DNA of 63,690 nucleotides, filler included, from Lenisia limosa (taxonomy: Eukaryota > Protista > Breviatea), in the NCBI GenBank assembly GCA_001655205.1. It is 10 parts of 10 records of this genome, joined end to end, with 100 filler letters (N's around TTAATTAATTAA, not from the genome) between each part and the next. Parts side by side here need not be neighbours in the genome. Positions count along the whole stretch, not along the records: positions 17,634 to 27,403 come from LPNZ01010547.1; positions 27,504 to 37,261 come from LPNZ01007127.1; positions 37,362 to 41,042 come from LPNZ01010601.1; 7 more parts are not named here. One strand, written 5' to 3'. This document shows, one piece after another, positions 26,301 to 37,479 of this stretch. How positions within the stretch are numbered: position 1 is the stretch's first letter; each line of letters begins with the position of its first letter. The position numbers and the translations under genes were made by a program. The notes below the pieces were generated by a model. That model searched no databases and had not been told where the DNA came from. It saw only the letters and a list, made by a program, of their open reading frames with translations.

Positions 26301-26420
26301 TCTTCCCTCCCGTCTTAAAGCTCATCCACTTGACGAAGTGTCCAACTGAGTCACAACACCCCACGTGCCCGTACCTTGCTAAAGCTATCTGGAGAGGAAG
26401 CTCTAGTTTGGGAGGTCGCG
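23380..26420 (-). CDS. Uncharacterised multi-exon gene (or two genes)
   Basis: Coding-like GT-AG exons: VGDALHPYEFVREVFRKNHFKIEPG, NQSGLKEDITSILRSSNELVLEISEHLFRFHDVDYD...EARKK (25345-25697), VWNPPLPPDEDDDD, DVPSPNADEQENFEVNERSEAKAAADFEGMVKAMTQ, VLNLDDTRPLVPANEDIR. No family recognised. Confidence 0.45.
23974..24063. mobile_element. MITE family B, diverged full-length copy
   Basis: TA-GGGGCTCCTACGGTCCGAAAAAG...TTTTTGGGACCGTAAGCCT-TA. Confidence 0.7.
24087..24158. mobile_element. MITE family C, diverged, opposite orientation
   Basis: CAGTG...GGGAAATCATATAGCAAAATCGG...ATCCCGGTCACTG-TA; adjacent to a family B copy. Confidence 0.65.
24238..24318 (-). repeat. 12-bp intronic minisatellite (GTGAGGGATGTT on gene strand)
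   Basis: About 7 diverging copies of ACATCCCTCACA on the + strand. Confidence 0.8.
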
Positions 26421-26559
26421 AGGGTGACACACACGAACACACAAATACAGCAGTCAGGTTCTAAGCCCGGTGAGACATTGACGGCGGGTCAGGAAAAAGG
26501 AAGGGCACGTGGGAGGCGGGCCGGGGAGGGTAAAGAGTTATAATACTACAAAATCAAAA

Positions 26560-27350
26560 TTGTCGATGCGGGGCAGCTTCCCTCAATGACTTACAATAAA
26601 CAAATGTATATATACATATATATGTATAAATATATGTGTTCCAATGAGAGGCGTCGTCCCTCAATGAATTGCAAGTATCAAACTTACTCCAATGAGGGGC
26701 GTCGTCCCTCATTGGAATGGCAAAATCAACCTCATTCCAATGAGGGGCGTCGTCTCTCATTCAATTGCAAAATCGACCTCAACAAAAAGAAAAAGATCAC
26801 ACCCGCGCAGCCTACTATTGATAAGGGACACAAAAAAACACAGCCGGCAACGTGGTTCTAAAGAACGTGAGATAAGGTTAAAAGGACAAGGGCCCTATTA
26901 GCACAACAACCAAAAAAGTTCTCCCCAAAAAACAAAAAAAAGCGTACCTTGGACAAGGAGAAGATATATAAAAAAAAGGCAGAAAAAAAAACTTTTCTTT
27001 AAAAAAAAATAGGTTACTCAGTTCAGTTTAGTTTAGTTCGCCTGTTTCTTTCGCCTTTTGTTGTACTACTTTTTTTTTTGTGTACTTCTAAGTTTTTTTT
27101 TGTTTTGTTTTGTTTTGTTTTCTTTGTTTTTGGCGTTGTGTTGTCACCAGTTGCCTTGTCTACTACTTGCACTCAAAAAAAACGAATAAACTACATAACG
27201 ACCCAAAAATAAGAAAGAAAAAAAAAGCGGAATGACGCCCCTCATTGAGTTTTTTTTTATTATTATTTTCATTGAGGGACGACGCCCCTCATTGAGAATG
27301 TTGTTTTGTTTTTTCCTTTTTCCATTGAAAGACGACGGCCCTCATTGAAA
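26560..27350. mobile_element. Foldback/inverted-repeat element with arrays of a palindromic 25-bp motif
   Basis: CAATGAGGGGCGTCGTCCCTCATTG-like motifs at 26642, 26690 and 26738 (48-bp period); reverse-complement copies at about 27234 (partial), 27270 and 27323; A-rich then T-rich interior. Confidence 0.6.
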
Positions 27351-27403
27351 TATTTCTTCGGGCCTTACCCAAACCCCCCACCAATGTGGTAAATCAAGTA
27401 GCC

Positions 27404-27503
27404 NNNNNNNNNNNNNNNNNNNNNNNNNNNNNNNNNNNNNNNNNNNNTTAATTAATTAANNNNNNNNNNNNNNNNNNNNNNNNNNNNNNNNNNNNNNNNN
27501 NNN
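27404..27503. other. Artificial scaffold linker
   Basis: Same 100-bp linker. Confidence 0.95.
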
Positions 27504-30500
27504 GGCCCAAACTAGTAGCCACGAAGGCTTGCTTCTGGTGGTCTGGAAGAGCCTTTGCCTGAGTAGTTAACGAACCCAATAGGTAAGTTCAAAATCACAA
27601 ATGTAGATATGACGGTAACAAACCTTGGCAAGAAAAGGAAGGTATTCACGGGGGTCCATTTGACTGTTTTTGGCGATGACGGTGGCAAGAGGAATGTCAT
27701 AGAGCTCCAAGGCAGTGCTACACTGGTCATTTGCGTGGCTTTATCGGGTATAATGTTAAACGCTCTTTCCTCACTTGTAAAGGATGGGAGTCTTAACAAG
27801 GAACGAGAGGTACTTCAGAGCAACTGCATGGGTAGGTGCGCCATCTATGTTGGTCAAAGGCTCCCATTTATCAGATAATGTACTAATTCAATCCAATCTA
27901 TCCCATACTCTGTCCATCCGCGTATTGGAGACAGAGCATTGCTTTGGATGTTTGAGGGGGATCCTGCTTCACGAGAGCGGTCAATGTGGACAGAAGCATC
28001 GAAGGCATCTTTCGCGTTTCCGCAGCCACTGCCGAGCAAATCGTGTTGACTATGCGATGTGAAATCAAATTGCCACTTCAAAACAGATCAGATACAAAAA
28101 AGTTCATCATTCGTACTTTTTGAGAGACTAGCTCGGGTTTGGATGTCACGTGCAAGTGTACCCGCCATTGCAAGATGGCGTGGGCCTGAGGCAAATTAGA
28201 AGAGTGATGAAGGGATACCAAGGAGCACATATCACAGGCCAGTCACAGGTAAAACCGATGCTGAAGACCATTGGAGCAAATCACATTCCAAAATATCCTA
28301 CCTGAGGGTGCGGAAGAGAGTGGGGTGTGTGCAAGGGTGATGATCTTTCGGGCAGTGGGGTAAATTGAGCGTGTGACATCATCATTACTTGGGGGGGGGG
28401 GGGTAAACGAAGGNNNNNNNNNNNNNNNNNNNNNNNNNNNNNNNNNNNNNNNNNNNNNNNNNNNNNNNNNNNNNNNNTAATAGCTATTCAATTTCAAACA
28501 AAAAGTTTGAGTAACTAACTCTACTGGTTACACAGACACAAAGCTAAGAAAGGCAGTATTATTTCCATTGCCACAATGACAACATACTTGATAGAAGTGA
28601 GGAACAAGTTAACATGATCCGTGGACGCAAGCGCTTTGACGAAGAACCCAACATTTCTCATGAATGCAGAAGGATCATAGTCATACAACACGTTGAGGTC
28701 CAAACGATGCTATTAAAGTAAGAGGTCAATAAGGTACAAGTAGAGTTCATGTCTACACGTAAGACATAATCACATACAGCCATCCCACTCTGCGAGCTCC
28801 CAAGAAAGCTTGCCTCCATTGCGATCTATCCAAAAGTTCGGTGACGTAAGACAGAGACAGGATTCTGGGGGTGATAGCCTCCAAGTTGCCTCGGGGCATC
28901 TAAATCGTTAAAGTAGTTCTCAGGTTTACTGAAATGGCATGTCATACAAAATGGTAGTATTGTACTAGACCACCCACTTGAAGAATGACATTCTCACCAG
29001 CAGGGGAGGAGGTGACAATTCTACTGCCTCTTTCAATCGATCTAAATTTGGTATCAAACTAGGGGAATGCTGTAATATGCGAACGTAATGTTATAACGTG
29101 GAAGCCCAATTCGTAGTCACGCTTACCTAATAGAAGTGTCGCCAGAGGAATGCGACTCTTCCGGTAAGACAAACCGCCCTTCAAGGACTGGAATGGTGAG
29201 GACTTTTCCGCCTAGCTAAGAGGCTAAAAACACCCCATACATGAGGCCACTTCAGAGACAGACAGAATTCGAAGGAAATGGGTGGCTGTTGTCCACATCA
29301 CAAAGGAGCCCTGTAACAAAATTAGACTATTTGTGGAAATATATTCGAGTCAGACTAAATACATGTGTCAACACAAACATGTTTATTAAGGGTATTGATA
29401 CATATGTCAACACAAACGTGTTTATTAAGGGTATTGATATATCAACACAAACATGTTAATTAAGGGTATTATCCCCTTGGGCCCTGGCGTCTCACTGTGA
29501 GACGATTGGTTTTTGGAGTCATTAATTATCTCATTTTTTTTGAAAATGCTAAAAAAAGTTTTTGGTACAGCTTAAACACAAAATCTACGTAGAATCTTTG
29601 TTTTTTGAAAAATTATAAAGTTTCTGTCATTTTATACACCATACTTGGGCGTTTTCGGCAACTATTTTCAATATTCCTGAAAAAGGCCATTTTCGCATGT
29701 AGCAATTTTCGATCACACTTTCCTAATTAGGAAGGTTTTAAGCCACTTATCACAAAGGTAAAGGACGGATAAATAATCTTGGACGTTGACCAAGACAAGA
29801 AACACCATCAATCAGTGTTCCACAGCATCGTTTGATGTTAAAGATGAAATCAAAGGTGACGGACATATTTTCTCCAGTGACGGTAGGTTCAATCCCTGAA
29901 TTTGTCTCTTTTTTTTTTAGCCGAGACTGCTCAATGAGTATGTCGCACTGATGGATGCACCAGGAGACCGCGGACTAAGTGCAAACAGTGTGATGTCAGC
30001 TTGTGCATTTCTTCTTGCGAGTCCTACCATCTTTAATATACTTTTACATTCGATTTACTTGTTTGTGCTTTTTGTTGCATTTTTCGGGAATTTTCAAGTA
30101 AAATTTCCATATATGGTAAGTGCCACGTGACAGATGACAGACATGTGAAAATTTTTGTAAATTTGAAAATTGATAGTTTTTCCAACAACATATGATATCT
30201 TTTTCTCAGCTTCTAAAACCATTTTTGCCACAAGTTACGACAAACAAAATTCACGAGGGTTCAAGGCCCAAGGGGATATGATGGATTGGGTAAATTGACA
30301 TATCAATACCCTTAATAAACATGTTTGTGTTGACATATCAATATAGCAATGAGAAATAAAAAACAAGGTTGGCCGCCAGAATGCAAACGAAAACACTCAC
30401 CTGAATGCCATCTAAAGACGTGACCCTTTTTGAAATTTGTTTGTTGTTGATATAGAGGTTGCCTTGACAAGAAAGCCCAAAGAGAGCGGTCTGGGAGGTC

Positions 30501-33500
30501 AGGTGGGTGGAGCAATCAGAATGTGAAAGGAACTTCTCATAGAATACCATTAGATATTCACCAAACGCGAATGTCCACCATACCTGAGAAGGAGATAGAC
30601 AAACAACAGCACCCCAAGGACAGGCTTCAGGAAGACTTGGCCCAGTAACAAGTGTCCATGAAGTGGGGTCATAGTCGCCTTCAAGGGATAATGTGCTGGG
30701 GAGGGGGGGGCAGTCAATTAGGATTACCTTCTTTTTCATTTCATATCCTATGCCAATATCAATCGTACAAGATTATTCTTCACCCCCCCCCCCCCCNNNN
30801 NNNNNNNNNNNNNNNNNNNNNNNNNNNNNNNNNNNNNNNNNNNNNNNNNNNNNNNNNNNNNNNNNNNNNNNNNNNNNNNNNNNNNNNNNNNNNNNNNNNN
30901 NNNNNNNNNNNNNNNNNNNNNNNNNGACAAAAGGTATGTCAAGACCAAAGTCGCAATCAGTATTGCAATCCACAACAAATAGAAAGCAAAGTCATCAATA
31001 CGTTTTCATGAACATAAATCACAAAAGTGAGAGAGTTTTGGCCTTTGAGCATACAGGGAACAGAAATGATGTTAATGACCTTGAAGTTTGGCGGAAGAGA
31101 CTTTTGTGTGATTTTGCATTCGTTTCTGGGGGGGGGGGGGGNNNNNNNNNNNNNNNNNNNNNNNNNNNNNNNNNNNNNNNNNNNNNNNNNNNNNNNNNNN
31201 NNNNNNNNNNNNNNNNNNNNNNNNNNNNNNNNNNNNNNNNNGATGATACGCGGAGTAATTCTTGCTATTTCTGATAGTCATAATCAAAAGTCGTCTTTAA
31301 TTTTTTGAAAAGTTATGAAATCTAAATAGCACCAGTACTTGCCAATTGTTTTTTTTAAAAGCTCCATACCCTTTGATGGTGTAGACCACAAGAGCGCTCT
31401 TTTTTGGATCCACTGCAACGAAACAGTCCCTTGTTGGCATTGTCAGATGAAGCGTGCTGCCGATACCTGTAGAGATAAATCACTGGAGATACGAAAAGAA
31501 GAGTCGCAGAAGAAGGCAATGTGACTTTCTAGCAGCATATTCACACCTGGAGTGCTGAAGTCATGGAGCATCTTTTCTCCATCGTAAACTGCTGTGTTGT
31601 CTGGGGTGTAAAGAAAAAAATGATACTTGACGGCAAAACGCTGAACATTCCACAACAGTCTCCCGACCCGTGAAAGAGCAAGCCATGAGGCCTTGTGGAG
31701 AGTAGGAAACATTAGAGGGGGTGGCCTGTAAGACAACTGTCGAGTCGCACATTGGTGGGGGGACAACCCGACTAGACGCTGTGAGAAAGAGATCGGAAAC
31801 AACAACAAAGAAAAAAGCGCAAAAGTAAGCATAAATCTAAAAGCAAGATGAATACCTGGCCAGAGGTGTGACGCGAAGATTTCTTCCATCAACAACACAA
31901 ACGGTACCACCACCACATGCCTTTGGTGCTGAATGGTTCCAAAAATAATTAGACATGTGAAATAAAAATGGATATCTCAAGACAGAAGCCGTCAAAACAT
32001 CGTGTTTAAAAAAAGATATCGAAGAAGTTCATAATTACATAAAAATATATAAAATAGTGATACGAATGTAGTGACTACATTAGTAAATATACTTTTAGCA
32101 TATCATATATCAAATAAAACACCATATCAGCAACCAAGTCCTACCCGGGGACTTAGTAGTGCTTGCAACAAATGAGTGGCACGTCAGACAACCCGCCTCA
32201 GTGGAAATGAACAAATGGGACTCACACCACTGCGTGCCAAAGTGCTGAGTGAGTGGTTAGCAATACGTTACACTTTGAAATTTTGTTTTTAATTTCCCCC
32301 AAGGCCAAAGTACTTTGGATGCATCAGTCCACCTCAGGGACACAGCTGGGGTGTCAACAGAGATCACGAACTTCAAGTCCCATTTGTAGTTAGTCGACTT
32401 CCACAGTTGGACCTGAAACGTTACGTGGAGACTGTTGGGTTTTACATAATTTCAGACTATGAAAACTTAAGAAAAGAGTTTCATCCAGACATATCCCCCT
32501 CCCTCCAGCTCATTTTGTTTTTTGTTTGTTTATAGTTTCAGATTATTCGGTTCGTGATTAGTACCTTTACCCCAATATTCTTCACCGAAATTTCCTTCGT
32601 TTTACTCCNNNNNNNNNNNNNNNNNNNNNNNNNNNNNNNNNNNNNNNNNNNNNNNNNNNNNNNNNNNNNNNNNNNNNNNNNNNNNNNNNNNNNNNNNNNN
32701 NNNNNNNNNNNNNNNNNNNNNNNNNNNNNNNNNNNNNNNNNNNNNNNNNNNNNNNNNNNNNNNNNNNNNNNNNNNNNNNNNNNNNNNNTAAAATAATGAA
32801 GGTGGAAGAAATCTACCCCTCCCCCCACCTGTGACATTGTGGACCAGGCTAAAGAGTGGACAACTGTTTCTTTACTCCTGATCGGAATTAACATTCAATG
32901 TCCAGAATATGATGAAATGAGAAAAACAAGATGGATCGCTGAAGCCATACCATCACAAAAAGAATTCTGTACAATCCTATAATAAAATAACGAGCTCTTA
33001 ACTTAGACAGTATCCCCCATACACGAAATCAAACCCCCCATGTCGGAGCCCATTCTTCTCAATAAATGCGATGCTGCTCTTTGGGGCCGTTCGGAGAGGC
33101 AGGGCAAAGAACTCTTGTGACGGCCTAGGCGGTCAGTTCTTAACAGTCTTGACTAATCTTGCACTCTCAATATTCGTGATATCTTTTCATATCATTGCAG
33201 TTTTCTCCACTTTCTAGCACATTTTGGAACATTTTTAAAAAACCTAAGGGCAGCCACGATACCTGAAAGCTACGATGGGATCAGCAGCAGCTAACGCTTC
33301 TTCGCCAGTCTTGTACACATGCCCCTCCATTGTCCATATTTGGACAGTTGTTGAGGAAGACTGAGTAAGTGAATGGAAATAATATTGTATGCAAGAGAAG
33401 AACAATTAAACGTGGAAACCGCTTGAATATGACACAAATGTTGTGATTCAAGAGAAATATCAAACCTTGTTGGGTTTGACAGCCGAAGAGAAGAATGTGG

Positions 33501-34322
33501 CATCTTCCCTCCATGTTACTGAGGCTTTCGGGTCTTCAATATTATCCGATGTCATGGGCACTGGGGGGTTAACATCGCTTCAAGTACGTTAATATGAGAA
33601 CATCTCTAGCCTCGGACCTTCGTTAAGAGGAGACCAATCAGCTGCAAAAAGGACCAGCCGGCAGGATCCCGTGATAACAACAACTCGCTCCTGATCTTGA
33701 CTCCTTTTCAGAATGAATGGATGCAAACACAATTGTTGGCTGACAAATATCCCTTCTAGTATATGGAGTACCCAATCCCCCCAAACCACTCCGCGTCCAA
33801 AATTCCTTCTTCAAAACCACCGACAATCTCACACTCTTTCAGCGCAGGGAACGCCCTAATTATCAGAATATTTTGAGCTGTAAATATTTTGATACATGTA
33901 AGTGCTATTGCATGTTAAGCGCTATTACTTGTAACACCAATAGATGACGATAAACATGGAGTCTACCGCCGACACAACACGCCACATACCTCAAAATAGT
34001 TCCGTCCGCAAAAACAACATCCACAGCTTCCTCTTCAGACACTGCCTCCAACGCAATTACCTTGGTGTTCTCGGGTGCTTCACTGCTGACGTCAACTGAG
34101 GTGACCACCTGAAAAGTTAGTTACGATAATTCGAGGCACACACGAACTTTGCCTGAAAGGTCGCGTCCTTGAAGCTGATTTTTATTTGTAAGACTCCAGA
34201 ACAGTCCTAGAGGTCGGTTAATAGACCTATTGTTATGTGGCATTACCTGATAGATCAAGGGAAACGCCACCATTAACGTCGTTCCCCAAGTTCGACTTGG
34301 AAACGCAGTTAATGTTCAACAT
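27504..34322 (-). CDS. ELP1: Elongator complex subunit 1 (IKI3/IKAP), 3' partial
   Basis: Conserved ELP1 blocks in order: CEIVGGFEEGILDAEWSQDQE, VTWREDATFFS, FIEKNGLRHGGF, VQLWKSTNYKWDLK, LFGLSCQGNLYIN, MWTTATH, DLNVLYDYDPSAFMRNV...DHVNLFL, NDDVTRSIY, ALKYLSFLV, TALELYDIPLA...SQMDPREYLPFL. Confidence 0.93.
29365..29470. repeat. 35-39-bp tandem units with an inverted copy at 30296-30343
   Basis: GTCAACACAAACATGTTTATTAAGGGTATTGATA x3; the reverse complement is present on the other side of the piggyBac-like remnant. Confidence 0.8.
29473..30275 (+). mobile_element. Non-autonomous piggyBac-like remnant in ELP1 intron
   Basis: 14-bp TIR with 13/14 match (CCCCTTGGGCCCTG / CAAGGCCCAAGGGG). An internal decayed Cys-rich domain VCRTDGCTRRPRTKCKQCDVSLCISSCESYHL-TAA (29938-30036) matches the piggyBac C-terminal CxxC..LC..C..YH pattern. 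Confidence 0.62.
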
Positions 34323-34638
34323 TGTCGTTTTTCCTAGAGTGTGGTGCGTGAAAGGATGGTTCTTTGGAAAAGGCACCCAATAAAAAGGGCAGCGGTCGCG
34401 AAGCTGATATAAAAAAAATTGGGGCGAAAATTGCACCAAAATTCTTACGAACATCTCCCTGGATATATAACAGCCTTATTTATAGCAACAACTGGAAGCA
34501 AGCCCTTTTCATTTATTGAATTCAAGTTAACTCCCTCCCCTGAGAGCCTGATTGTGTTAAACCCCTTGTGCTTTCGACTTAACTTAGCTAGTAAACCTTA
34601 GAAGCCTTCTTAGACCGGAAGGTTTCCCATTTTGGTCG

Positions 34639-37261
34639 ATGATGGCGACTTATCCCACTGCCCCCCAGCAGGTTAGGGTACGGGTACACTACCAAAATAC
34701 AAATTCTTTTCTAAATATACTTGGTCGATGCTTAATTCCTTCGCCCCTTCATTGAACACAGCAGAATCAGACTTGCGCTGGAGCTGGCGCTTATTCCGAC
34801 CTCAGCTGTTTGGATCCCTACCAACCTCCTTCTCAAACACAAACGGTTAGTTATGGGTTAGCTATTGATATATATTAATGTAGTTGCTTTTCCCGGTCAA
34901 ACTCACATTATTGTTTGTATTTCCAATATTCCAATCTCCGCAAGATGTTCATTACACTTTTTATGCCACTGTACACTTTCCATAATAACCAAAAGTCAGT
35001 CTGTTATTAGTTGTTAAGATTTTTAACACCCTTTGGAATGGATATTGTATTCTTGACTGGTTGCACCAAATTCAACTTACAAGGTGGCAAAACACTACTG
35101 ACACTATTTTAGTGATGTTTATTCGGTGTACCCAAGCTCTTTTATTTATTTTACTGCTTATCATAAATTCCGATTTTATTCCGAACAGGTTCAGCCCCAA
35201 GCCCCTGCTACCGTACACCCCACACAACCACCTATTCAACAGCAAGTAAGAAGCGTAGAAAGCTGTGAAGATACCTTTCCTTACAACTAATATGATATAT
35301 TGTGTACTATATGATATGTAAGATATCTATGTGCTCTCGTGAATGCGTTTACTTTGTTGAGTTGGTTAACTTCAACAGGCTCCTATCATGCAACAACAAC
35401 AGCAGCAGCAGCAGCAGCAGCCTACCATTCAGCAGCAGCAACAACAACCTGTAATGCAACAGCAACCCATGATGCCACAGCAGCCCCTACAGCAGCCTCA
35501 GGTAGTGACTTGTGCGATTTATTCGAAATTATAACCCCTAGCGTACTTAGCTCTTCTATGGTCACTTTTATTCCTTATATCAATGCCTCATTGAAATAGG
35601 TTCAGCCAGCCACTGTACAGAATGCCGCTTTGCAATCCCTTCCAGCCCAGGTTGGGTAATATACTAAGTGCTTGATACAGTCTTTTTGGTGCTGACTTTT
35701 CGGGGTATCTGAGGTCTCACGCTCCAGTTTACCGAACCAGCTTTGTTCACACCGCCACCGGAGACGGTTAGTCCCGTGGCTCCTCAGCTCATGGTACAAG
35801 AACAGCCCGGACTTATCGACCAAACGCCGCAGCAGTTCGCCCAATACCAACAGGAGCAGATCCAGGTATCAGGGAACCCTCGAATTGTGGTAGTGTCTAC
35901 TGGGGACTGAAGCCGACTTATCACTTTCAGGCTCAACAAGCTCAGTTTGCGCAGCAGTCGCAGCCCCAGGTATGCGAACTTGGGTGTTTATGTGTTTTCT
36001 CTCTTTGATTGCTCTTTTATTGGGTGCTAGCCTTTCTGGTGACTCCGCTTTGTCAAAGAGGTGTACGAGTGAAAGATTCTCTAACAGTTTAGGAGCCGCT
36101 GCATCACAGCAATCTTCAACAAGTACCACAGCCTCAGGCTCAGCAGATCTCTCAGATCCTCCAGCAGTCTCCCCAGCTGGCTTCTCAGGTGCCCAATGTG
36201 GCTCAGCAACCCAATGTGGCTCAGCAACCCAATATGGCTCAGCAACCCAATATGGCTCAGCAACCGAATATGCCTCCGCAGCAACCGAATATGCCTCCGC
36301 AGCAACCCCAGCAACCCAATATGCCTCCGCAGCAACCGAATATGCCTCTGCAGCAACCCAATATGCCTCTGCAGCAACCCAATATGCCTCTGCAGCAACC
36401 GAATATGGCTCTGGAGCAATCCAATATGACTCAGCAGCAACCCAATATGGCTCAGCAGCAACCCAATATGGCTCAGCAACCCAATATGCCTCCGCAAACA
36501 ATCCCTGTACAATCACAAATGGTAATGTTGTGCTCTGTACCGATACATTGTTAGATGATTGTTTACGCAGTTAACTTCACAGCCCCCGGTCCAACAACAG
36601 GATGGTATCATGTACCCGCAACAGTCCCAAATGCAAGTTGATCCTTATGCGGTATGTGGCGGTTCTTTTAATTTGATATCAAATACGTTTCAATTCACGT
36701 AATTGAGGTGGATCAGGGTTAATGCAAAACTATTTCTTACAAATCTGTAGCAAATCCCCCAGCAACCTCCACAAGCCCAGGTACCCCAACCACATGTATG
36801 AACGCAACCTGAATTCTAGTTGTGATATTGTGTGTTGAAGTGGTGTTTTTAATGAAGGAGCTGTTGGGCTTCACAATTTTACCTTCAGGCGCCACCCCCA
36901 AGGCAACAGTACCCGGGTCTTGACCCAACCCAGCCCCCGCACCATGTTGGCTTGGGTCACTTTCATTGTTATCATTTGGTCAAAAAGAGGCTTTAGTCCA
37001 CGTTGTCTTCAGCAATCCTACTGAGTATTTCTCATGATCTAGATGCAAGGACCCCCTATGCACGAAATGCCTTTACCAGGGCATCCTAGCCAGCCCCCCG
37101 CTCCCAGCCAGGGTCCCCAGGTTCCTTATACTGGTAGGATCTGGATTTGCTGGCAATAACTGGAGTAAAACCAACACAGTATCCATTTGAATGTCAAGTT
37201 AACAAGACTGACCAATTTAGGCCAAATGCCACCGCAACCGCACCACAGTCAGCAATCTCCT
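34639..37261 (+). CDS. Gln/Pro/Met-rich low-complexity protein, N-terminal part (scaffold ends)
   Basis: Starts MMATYPTAPQQ, followed by many phase-0 GT-AG exons rich in Q/P (APIMQQQQQQQQQPTIQQQ; PNVAQQPNMAQQPNMPPQQ repeats). Confidence 0.65.
36195..36500 (+). repeat. Coding tandem repeat of 18/21-bp units (QQPNM[A/P]x)
   Basis: Units such as CAGCAACCCAATATGGCT and CAGCAACCCAATATGCCTCTG, about 15 copies. Confidence 0.85.
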
Positions 37262-37361
37262 NNNNNNNNNNNNNNNNNNNNNNNNNNNNNNNNNNNNNNN
37301 NNNNNTTAATTAATTAANNNNNNNNNNNNNNNNNNNNNNNNNNNNNNNNNNNNNNNNNNNN
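37262..37361. other. Artificial scaffold linker
   Basis: Same 100-bp linker. Confidence 0.95.
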
Positions 37362-37479
37362 ACCGCATCCCATCAGGGCAAATGAAAAATGTGACACAAA
37401 ACAAAAAGTATACACTCAAGTTTTTAATGACTGTAGATATCATTCAACACTACCACAGTTGTGTATATCATAATATAAT

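Noticed and set aside
26642-26762. CRISPR-like look: palindromic 25-bp repeats separated by 23-bp spacers
   Set aside because: The two spacers resemble each other (a 48-bp tandem unit), the motif recurs inverted 500 bp away, there are no cas genes, and the context is eukaryotic.
27609-28062. Plus-strand ORFs that superficially resemble a PLAT/LH2 domain
   Set aside because: They are antisense to clear ELP1 exons (ALKYLSFLV, SQMDPREYLPFL).
16455-29940. In-frame TGA codons (about 16460 and 29935) hinting at UGA reassignment, with no TGA stop among the well-supported host genes
   Set aside because: Both TGAs lie in decaying or mobile sequence. Conserved Trp positions in TDH, fimbrin and ELP1 use TGG, and I saw no in-frame TGA in the conserved exons I read. 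The sample of stop codons is too small to support reassignment.
35869-36574. Alternative-frame and antisense ORFs (GSATQY repeats with a signal-like start; AAEAYWV; LLSHIG)
   Set aside because: They stay open because the 18/21-bp repeat lacks stops in those frames. The QQPNM frame joins the flanking Q/P exons through proper splice sites.
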